From an uncultured Methanomicrobiales archaeon (lineage in GTDB: Archaea > Halobacteriota > Methanomicrobia > Methanomicrobiales > Methanocorpusculaceae): a stretch of DNA of 43,096 bases. The stretch lies in NCBI GenBank assembly GCA_964433475.1, contig CAYSRP010000001.1, positions 1-43,096 of the forward strand, read 5' to 3'. A model generated the notes under the pieces. The model did no database searches, had not been told where the DNA came from, and worked only from the letters and a program-made list of their open reading frames with translations. Below, piece by piece: positions 36,703 to 43,096 of this stretch; position 1 is the first letter of the stretch, and every line of letters begins with the position of its first letter. A program made the translations under genes and the position numbers.

Positions 36703-36846
36703 TTATGCTTTGCGTTCTTTATTCTTTGGGCGAAGTGACGATGAGCCGCATTTGCGGCATGTCTTTGCGCGAACAGCGTTACGTGCGTTGCATTTCATGC
36801 AAACGTTAACATTAAGAAGTCTAGCCTCTGCTTCTGGGAATCTCAT
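36703..36846 (-). CDS. rpl40e: 50S ribosomal protein L40e (not in ORF track)
   Basis: Hand translation [47 protein letters not shown] (47 aa). Confidence 0.96.
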   Translation of the reverse strand: MRFPEAEARLLNVNVCMKCNARNAVRAKTCRKCGSSSLRPKNKERKA

Positions 36847-36908
36847 CTGTGAATAACCCCGTATATTGAGTTCTATTATGTATGCTCTTACTTATATTAA
36901 CGATTCCG

Positions 36909-37454
36909 TTAAGACCTGTTCAATCGATACCACTCACGAAAGGCAAAAAGAGCACGGGCGCGATGGGATACGGTGTTTTTCTCTTCCAGGTTCATCTCTG
37001 CAAGCGTTTGTCCGCCTACGGAAAATATCGGGTCGTATCCGAATCCGTCTGTACCCCGTGGTATGTCGGTGATTTCACCGTCGACCCGCCCCTCAAAGGT
37101 CTGAATGCCGTTTTCATCGACATAAGCGATTGAGGTTGCAAAATATGCGCGGCGGTTTGTTACGCCGTTCATCAAATGAAGGATGCCGGTATTTCCCAGA
37201 GAATCCTGCACGTATGCGGCGTAAGGACCGGGAAAGCCCCTGAGTTCCTCAATAAAAAGTCCTGTGTCATCCACAATGAGCGGGCACCGCAGTGCGGCAT
37301 AAGCCTGGTTTGCTTTTGCTTTTGCAATTTCAGAGATACTTTCGGACTGTGGTTCGATGCAGTTAAAAGGGATGTGGGATACTTCAGTGATGCCGGAAAA
37401 AAATGCTGCGACTTCAGTCGCTTTGTTTTTATTTCCCGTTACTACCGTGATCAT
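36909..37454 (-). CDS. rdgB: Non-canonical purine NTP pyrophosphatase (RdgB/HAM1)
   Basis: TGNKNK, DDTGL, GFPG.Y, GFGYDPIF and SHR motifs. Confidence 0.95.
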   Translation of the reverse strand: MITVVTGNKNKATEVAAFFSGITEVSHIPFNCIEPQSESISEIAKAKANQAYAALRCPLIVDDTGLFIEELRGFPGPYAAYVQDSLGNTGILHLMNGVTNRRAYFATSIAYVDENGIQTFEGRVDGEITDIPRGTDGFGYDPIFSVGGQTLAEMNLEEKNTVSHRARALFAFREWYRLNRS

Positions 37455-39028
37455 AAGTATCTTCCCCGGAGTTCAATTTCATGTTCGCGCACGATTACAT
37501 TTTCTGCATCAAAGAATGCCTCGCGGTATCCTTTGATGAATGCATTTTTCAGTGATTCCGGATTTTGTGTCGTGCTTTCAAAAGTCTGGAACAGAACATG
37601 CAGGTCGTCACCGCGTGATTCGATTTCCTCAGTCATCTGCGAAAGACCAAAGTCAATGAGATAAACACGGTTATTTTGCCGAATCATATTTGAGGTTGTC
37701 AGATCACCGTGAATAATACCAGCAGTGTGCAGTTTTCCTACGGTGATCCCTGCACTTTTTGCGTATTGCTCATTGATGATGTATTTGAGAACATCGCCGT
37801 CGAGTTTTTCCATGATGATTTCGTGGTCAGTTACATCCCGGATAACCGGGACAGGGACCCCGCTGCGTCTTGCCGCAGCAATACATCGGGCTTCAGTACG
37901 CGTGCGTTCAGTAATCAGGTGATGGTCAAGTTCAGGCACGCGGTATCCTTTAGATAAGCGTGTTTTCACGGCATTCTTTCCTGTAAGGTCTACTGATGCT
38001 TCCGCGCCGCGCTCGGCAACTTCTGACTGACCTGGTGCAAACAATTCACCAGTGTCATGTCTCCATGTTACGTCAACCTGATCGGCACGATATCCGGGAT
38101 TCACGACAGATTGGGAAATAGGAATCGTTGACCCGGCTTCCAGCATGATTTTGCCGGTGTATGCGATCATCGCGCCGTTATCACCCATGAACGTTCTTGG
38201 AGGTGCCATGAATTTTGCTCCGCGCTCGGCGCACATCGTTGCAAGCATTTCCTGCAGACGTGAGTTTGCTCCGACTCCCCCAACTAAGATGACTTCATCT
38301 TTTCCGGTGTGGGCAAGTGCCCGCTCGGTGACTTCGACACACATTGCAAAAGCGGTTTCCTGAAAACTGAAACAGACATCTTCCATGGATTCCCCGCGCA
38401 TGGTTGCTTCTTTTGCTGCACTCATCAATCCGGAAAATGCCAGGTCCATTCCTTTTACTGTGTAAGGCAGGTGGATGTATGATCCGGTCTTCGCCATTTT
38501 TTCGATTATGGGTCCGCCAGGGTGGGGAAGGTCATGACTCCGCGCAAATTTATCGAGCGCGTTTCCCAGTCCGATATCCAGGGTCTCACCGAAGATACGA
38601 TATTTTCCATTCAGAAATCCGAGGACCTGGGTGTTTGCACCGGATGCATAGAGGACAATTGGATCAAAGAACTTTGTGTACCATCTGCCGATTTCGACGT
38701 GTGCTACACAGTGGTTTACTCCAATTAGCGGTACATTGAGTTTCAATGCAAGCGTACGGGCAGTGGTCGCGGCTATCCGGAGAGATGGACCAAGTCCCGG
38801 ACCAATTGAAAATGCGATCGCATCGATTGGTCCGTCTGCCTCGCTTAGAACCGTTTTGATTACATCCGAGGCAACGGATGCATGATGCTGGGCAGCTTCA
38901 CGCGGGTGAATCCCTCCGGTCGGTGGGACGTATGGTGCTGAATGAAGACTTACTAACTCCTCTGCAAAAACAGCGGCACTGAAGTTCCATGCTGTTCCTT
39001 CAATGCCGAGTACCCTTTTTTCGGGCAT
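37451..39028 (-). CDS. kae1: Bifunctional KEOPS Kae1-Bud32 (t6A synthase / protein kinase) fusion
   Basis: LGIEGTAW, GGIHPREAA, HCVAH, SGANTQ, DNGAMIA, then kinase RGAEA, HGDLTTSN, IDFGL, ending RGRY; real start MPEKR at 39028. Confidence 0.96.
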   Translation of the reverse strand: MPEKRVLGIEGTAWNFSAAVFAEELVSLHSAPYVPPTGGIHPREAAQHHASVASDVIKTVLSEADGPIDAIAFSIGPGLGPSLRIAATTARTLALKLNVPLIGVNHCVAHVEIGRWYTKFFDPIVLYASGANTQVLGFLNGKYRIFGETLDIGLGNALDKFARSHDLPHPGGPIIEKMAKTGSYIHLPYTVKGMDLAFSGLMSAAKEATMRGESMEDVCFSFQETAFAMCVEVTERALAHTGKDEVILVGGVGANSRLQEMLATMCAERGAKFMAPPRTFMGDNGAMIAYTGKIMLEAGSTIPISQSVVNPGYRADQVDVTWRHDTGELFAPGQSEVAERGAEASVDLTGKNAVKTRLSKGYRVPELDHHLITERTRTEARCIAAARRSGVPVPVIRDVTDHEIIMEKLDGDVLKYIINEQYAKSAGITVGKLHTAGIIHGDLTTSNMIRQNNRVYLIDFGLSQMTEEIESRGDDLHVLFQTFESTTQNPESLKNAFIKGYREAFFDAENVIVREHEIELRGRYL

Positions 39029-39041
39029 AATGTAAATTATA

Positions 39042-39224
39042 TTATTGCTTGAACTCGGTGTATCCGCATTTTCCGCAGGTAAACCGGTCATTGTGTTCAC
39101 CCATAAAGACACCGGATCCACAGCGTGGACAATTACGGTGAGCAGTGGTTGCTTTACCCTGCTTGTCAACTGTGTAAAGTTCGCTGCGTTTAGGGGTTGC
39201 TTTTGCTGCTTTCTTTGCTGCCAT
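39042..39224 (-). CDS. rps27ae: 30S ribosomal protein S27ae
   Basis: [25 protein letters not shown] zinc ribbon. Confidence 0.96.
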   Translation of the reverse strand: MAAKKAAKATPKRSELYTVDKQGKATTAHRNCPRCGSGVFMGEHNDRFTCGKCGYTEFKQ

Positions 39225-39226
39225 TT

Positions 39227-39520
39227 TTACTCCGCCTTTTCTGCCTTGGGCTGTCCGCGTACAATTAAGAATTCACGTTCGGTAGCCTTGAGTGTTTCAG
39301 GTGAGTCATAGATACGGGCGACGCCGGTAACAGCTCTCATTCCGAAACGTCCCTTGAGCGGGGTGAGAATCAGGTTTTCAACAGGGGTATTCTGCATTGC
39401 GGCGATTTTTGCACCGATGTCTGCACGGGCGGGGGTTGCACCGTCGTAACTTGCGGTGAATGCGACCTCGTTACGGCTTAAAAGCTCGTTCCTGGTATTA
39501 GAGGTAATCTTAATCTCCAT
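39227..39520 (-). CDS. rps24e: 30S ribosomal protein S24e
   Basis: MEIKI....[14 protein letters not shown]....G.ARIYDS; ATG at 39520. Confidence 0.95.
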   Translation of the reverse strand: MEIKITSNTRNELLSRNEVAFTASYDGATPARADIGAKIAAMQNTPVENLILTPLKGRFGMRAVTGVARIYDSPETLKATEREFLIVRGQPKAEKAE

Positions 39521-39564
39521 CGATATCCCACAATTATTGGAATGCAGTATATTTAATACTGGCG

Positions 39565-40050
39565 TCACGTACTCACGAAATAGGACAACAGTTTTTGGGC
39601 ATCCTGACGAAGTTGTTCGCTCACTTCACAGAGAACCAACCCTTCTCCAGGTTGACCGTAAATAATTATGGTCTCATCTGGCATGATTTCTACGAGGGGG
39701 AGCACTGCAAGATCTTCTTCTCCTTTTACTATTACCACGCAAGGCATTAGTTCACGTGCCTCGCGCAGTGCGGATCTGAGTTCATCTGTTATCGTTCCGG
39801 CAGGGTTTTCCACATGTAAAATATGCCCGCGGATTTCCGGCATGTCAAGATAAGGTGAACGTTTGGTAAATCCGTCAATGATCCCGATTTCGGGGATCAG
39901 ACCCGCAGAAAAAGCATTGTGGGTTACAACGTCTCCTACTGTACAAAAATTCTTTCCTTTAAGTAAAGGAATCACAAGAGAAAAATCAGAAAAAATAGTA
40001 CCGAATGGCTCTTTAAAAAGCCACCGATGCTCTGGAGGGAGAGTCAGCAT
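39565..40050 (-). CDS. GTP-dependent dephospho-CoA kinase (DUF359)
   Basis: VGDVVT, IDG.TKR, NPAG.IT, GEEDL and YGQP.EG motifs; conserved position between spt4 and rps24e. Confidence 0.9.
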   Translation of the reverse strand: MLTLPPEHRWLFKEPFGTIFSDFSLVIPLLKGKNFCTVGDVVTHNAFSAGLIPEIGIIDGFTKRSPYLDMPEIRGHILHVENPAGTITDELRSALREARELMPCVVIVKGEEDLAVLPLVEIMPDETIIIYGQPGEGLVLCEVSEQLRQDAQKLLSYFVST

Positions 40051-40268
40051 TATCTGACCTTAAGTGCATATCTGCCGTTGTACTCGATATTCATCTTCTC
40101 TGCAACATCTGAATGGCGTGAGTCGATGATAACAAGGTAGCCGAACCATTCCGGGGTCAGGGCATTCCCTTGGCATTCTGGACAGACGGTTTTATCTGCT
40201 TCAAGAACTTTGTGACAGTTTCGGCATGCCTGCAGGACTTTTTTCTGCGTGGAACGTTTTACTGCCAT
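40050..40268 (-). CDS. spt4: Transcription elongation factor Spt4 (RpoE2)
   Basis: ACRNCH...CPECQ, W.G...IID, G.YALKVR. Confidence 0.95.
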   Translation of the reverse strand: MAVKRSTQKKVLQACRNCHKVLEADKTVCPECQGNALTPEWFGYLVIIDSRHSDVAEKMNIEYNGRYALKVR

Positions 40269-40840
40269 TACTTTCGCTCCTTTTCAGCCTTTTCTTTATT
40301 TATGTCTTCTTCGATCCAAGCGAGAGTTCCAAGACCGGGCTGACGCATGGTAAGACCGATCTTGGATTCACGTGGGTCGCGTTCATTTAATGAAAGGGCA
40401 ACGACCCTTGCGCGTAGAGAATCGCCGACGCCGATTGTTCTTCCGCTGTCTTTACAGACGAGGCGTGAGTTTTTCTCATCGTAATCAATGTATTCATCGG
40501 AAATCTGACTCATGTGGAGCATGGCGTCGATTGGTCCAAGAGATACGAATGCACCAAAACTCGTCGTTTCTACGACTACACCCTCTATGATTTCCTGAAG
40601 AGATAAGCGAAGAACCACAGCTTCGAAATCGACGTCATAGTAAACGCCTCCGTCACTGTAAACGATCTCTCCCTCACCAACATGGTTAACACCGGTCACT
40701 GCGATGAAAATACCCATCTCTTTGTCGACGCTACCTTCAAACTGCTCCTGCAGGACATCCAGAATGACAGTCTTGAGATCTTCACCCATGCGATCCGGGG
40801 GGACTCTGACTTTGTCGTTTAGTTTCAGTTTATAATACAT
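40268..40840 (-). CDS. rpoE1: DNA-directed RNA polymerase subunit E' (Rpo7)
   Basis: VRVPP, GEGEI..SDGG.Y, FGAFVSLGPID..LH.SQ, KIGLTMRQPGLG. Confidence 0.96.
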   Translation of the reverse strand: MYYKLKLNDKVRVPPDRMGEDLKTVILDVLQEQFEGSVDKEMGIFIAVTGVNHVGEGEIVYSDGGVYYDVDFEAVVLRLSLQEIIEGVVVETTSFGAFVSLGPIDAMLHMSQISDEYIDYDEKNSRLVCKDSGRTIGVGDSLRARVVALSLNERDPRESKIGLTMRQPGLGTLAWIEEDINKEKAEKERK

Positions 40841-40864
40841 ATTTGTCTCCTCGCCTGTTTTTGC

Positions 40865-41278
40865 TTATTTTCCAATTAATTCTAGTTTGCAACGTGATCT
40901 GAGAACAACGATAGGGATACGACGTTGTGTCAGACGTTTTCTTAATTCTCTATCATTGGTAACTACTACAGCATTAAACATCTCTGCCGATAGAATCACT
41001 TTGTCATCTACAGGGATGTTTTCTGCTAGTTCAGGAAGAATTGTGCAGCGGTTTGCAACGGTCAAACCAAATCGCGCTGCTGCTGCATCCTTACCCCGTC
41101 CTGTTGAAAGACCGCGCAGTTCATACACCACCTCGGCAGGTACGAGCGCGTCATAAGCTCCAAGCAATTCACGCAGACCTTCGAAAAGGTCAACGTTAAA
41201 CTGCAGGGGCATCATCAGGGCATTTGTGTCTAAAATGACATTTATTCGGTCAGAAGACCCATGCCGATCAAGCGCCAT
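40865..41278 (-). CDS. PIN-domain protein (Fcf1/Utp23-like)
   Basis: [16 protein letters not shown] and [12 protein letters not shown] motifs; conserved position between aIF2-gamma and rpoE. Confidence 0.88.
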   Translation of the reverse strand: MALDRHGSSDRINVILDTNALMMPLQFNVDLFEGLRELLGAYDALVPAEVVYELRGLSTGRGKDAAAARFGLTVANRCTILPELAENIPVDDKVILSAEMFNAVVVTNDRELRKRLTQRRIPIVVLRSRCKLELIGK

Positions 41279-42486
41279 CTGCCCCCAACCTGACGGCTGA
41301 TTGCAATCCTTGAACCAATGTCGGCACATACCGGACGTTTCAGTGTGACCTCAACCTGATTCTTCTTTGATGCAAGTACTATTCCAACTGTGACAGCTGT
41401 TCCAACTGAAAGCATAAGCGGCTCTTTGAGTTTGAGCGGTTCTATATTCAGTTCAGATGTTGAACCTACAACGCGGTCCATGAGTTTCACATCGAACTTG
41501 AGTTTATCCCACACTGGGGGAAGAGATCCTGCTGCACCGGCAACCTGTCCGACAAGCGTATCACTTTTGGTAATTGACGGATCAAGTTTCGTTCCAATTG
41601 CAGAAAGCCCTCCCGGAGTTGCCGTCAGGACTTTGTGGGATGCCTTATTCATCGAGGTGATTTTGGTTGTGATGGGTTCCCATTTTGTTTTGTTTTCCGA
41701 CATGTATTGTCTGCCGGGACGAATTTCTATATCATCACCTTCATGGAATTCTCCACGGATTAGTGAACCTCCGACTACTCCGCCTTTTATATCGCGCCAT
41801 GAACTTCCTGGTCTGTTCACATCAAATGACCGCGCAATCAGCATGATCGGGGATACATTAGCTTCACGCTCAACATCAGGGATAGTAGCGTTGAGAGCTT
41901 CCAGTAACATTCCAAAGTTTATTTCCTTCTGTGCAGAAACCGGAATAATCGGTGCGTTATCTGCGACCGTTCCCTTTACAAATTCTTTAATCTGCTTGTA
42001 GTTTTCCAGTGCCTTCTTTTGAGTCACAACATCGATCTTATTTTGAACAATAACGATGTTTTTGATACCGGTCAGTTCCAGAGCCATCAGATGTTCTTTT
42101 GTCTGTGGCTGCGGGCACGGTTCATTTGCTGCAATGACGAGCATTGCGCCGTCCATTATGGCAGAGCCTGAGAGCATCGTCGCCATGAGTGTTTCATGAC
42201 CCGGTGCATCTACGAATGAAACAGATCTCACTGCTTCAAGTTTTTCACCGCAGGTTGGACAGACCTCTTTATTTGACCAGAGTTCTGCACCCCCGCATTT
42301 CGGGCATTTATAAAACGTTGCATCGGCGTATCCGAGTCGAATCGAGATACCGCGCTTCAGTTCTTCACTGTGGCGGTCTGTCCAGGACCCGGTAAGTTTG
42401 CTGACTAATGTAGTCTTTCCGTGGTCAACGTGACCAACTACGCCGATATTTACGTTTGGTATTGTAGGATCATGCAAAGAAACCAA
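41242..42486 (-). CDS. eif2g: Translation initiation factor 2 subunit gamma
   Basis: [17 protein letters not shown], Zn ribbon, DAPGHE, NKID, WRLIG; TTG start (42486 or 42477). Confidence 0.97.
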   Translation of the reverse strand: MVSLHDPTIPNVNIGVVGHVDHGKTTLVSKLTGSWTDRHSEELKRGISIRLGYADATFYKCPKCGGAELWSNKEVCPTCGEKLEAVRSVSFVDAPGHETLMATMLSGSAIMDGAMLVIAANEPCPQPQTKEHLMALELTGIKNIVIVQNKIDVVTQKKALENYKQIKEFVKGTVADNAPIIPVSAQKEINFGMLLEALNATIPDVEREANVSPIMLIARSFDVNRPGSSWRDIKGGVVGGSLIRGEFHEGDDIEIRPGRQYMSENKTKWEPITTKITSMNKASHKVLTATPGGLSAIGTKLDPSITKSDTLVGQVAGAAGSLPPVWDKLKFDVKLMDRVVGSTSELNIEPLKLKEPLMLSVGTAVTVGIVLASKKNQVEVTLKRPVCADIGSRIAISRQVGGRWRLIGMGLLTE

Positions 42487-42545
42487 AACCTCCTCTAACC
42501 GTATATAATTGACTTCAACACTGATATAAGTGTGTGATTCCTGTT

Positions 42546-42827
42546 TTATCCTCCGCCTTCACAACTCTGGTCAGTATTTTGCCAGGCATTTTCTTTCATC
42601 TCTTGGAGTTCTGCCTGTTCTTGTTTGAAATCTTTCCTGACGTCCCGCGGTTTTTCGGTATGGAGGATCACCTCACTGATCCCTGTGAGTTGATCTAAAC
42701 GGTAGTAAAGACCGGTGCTGTCGAGTTCGGCAAAAGTATTATCTTTTTCCTCCATAAACGTCACGATTCTTCCGACCGTTCCTGTTCGAGAATAGCGGAC
42801 CGTATCTCCTATTTTGAATGCAGTCAT
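42546..42827 (-). CDS. DUF2098-family methanogen protein
   Basis: [14 protein letters not shown]...LDSTGLYYR pattern and C-terminal CEGGG. Confidence 0.75.
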   Translation of the reverse strand: MTAFKIGDTVRYSRTGTVGRIVTFMEEKDNTFAELDSTGLYYRLDQLTGISEVILHTEKPRDVRKDFKQEQAELQEMKENAWQNTDQSCEGGG

Positions 42828-42877
42828 GATTTATAGATAGTTAGCAGGTCGTCTATAATAAAAGTGCGGGAAAAAAG

Positions 42878-43096
42878 TTAGTTGATGGTAAGACCATTCA
42901 AGACCGCATCTTCAGATACGGCGAAGGTCTGGTCAGTTCCGACAATGGTGTAAAGACCTGTGGTCTTAACATCAGATGTACTGCCGGAGGTAGAGTATGG
43001 AACGACAAACTGTCCATCCACACTTTCCTGACGATAGGTAAATGTCCGCCCGTTGTTCGTTATCACGTTTACTTCGATGATCCCCTCTCCTTTGAT
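42878..43096 (-). CDS. aglB: Oligosaccharyltransferase AglB (STT3), C-terminal end only
   Basis: Open frame from the window edge ending TNNGRTFTYRQESVDGQFVVPYST...VSEDAVLNG, typical of the euryarchaeal AglB C-terminus. Confidence 0.8.
   Translation of the reverse strand: MKGEGIIEVNVITNNGRTFTYRQESVDGQFVVPYSTSGSTSDVKTTGLYTIVGTDQTFAVSEDAVLNGLTIN

Noticed and set aside
39029-39169. 47-aa N-terminal extension of Kae1-Bud32 in the track
   Set aside because: It overlaps rps27ae in another frame; the Kae1 fold starts at MPEKRVLGIEGT (39028).
40865-41278. PIN domain as a VapC toxin
   Set aside because: No antitoxin partner, and it sits in the conserved aIF2-gamma/rpoE/spt4 operon typical of the housekeeping Fcf1/Utp23-like PIN protein.
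598-42395. Numerous 60-200 aa ORFs antisense or out of frame to identified genes
   Set aside because: Shadows of well-supported genes, with no motifs or independent expression signals.

Overview
Archaeal chromosomal DNA from a methanogen. The gene content (methanogenesis marker 8, SepCysS, presenilin homologue, CbiZ, AglB, RadA, Kae1-Bud32, aIF2-gamma/Rpo7/Spt4/S24e/S27ae cluster) suggests Methanomicrobiales, probably Methanocorpusculum-like; this taxon is an inference. About 40 kb is densely packed housekeeping genes plus three tRNAs: a partial Gly-GCC at the left edge and a Gly-TCC/Val-CAC pair. Three real genes are under 60 aa and missing from the ORF track: a 59-aa SepCysE-N/SepCysSn-like gene coupled to pscS, a Zn-finger gene before EF-1beta, and rpl40e. 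The one accessory segment is a ~2.3 kb AT-rich decayed integrated element (31907-34176) at the 3' end of tRNA-Val. It holds a convergent TGTAGGAT/ATCCTACA iteron-like array, a lipoprotein gene, an intact antitoxin with a doubly inactivated RelE-like toxin, a signal-peptide stub, and a ribbon-helix-helix ORF reading antisense through the tRNA (the layout of the N-half of a split SSV1-type integrase). The most striking signal is a 32-bp sequence in this element that is 29/32 identical to the sequence ending in the TATA box of the host radA promoter, centred on the palindrome ACCGCGCGGT. It is a candidate DNA-damage-response box of methanogens shared by radA and a mobile element.
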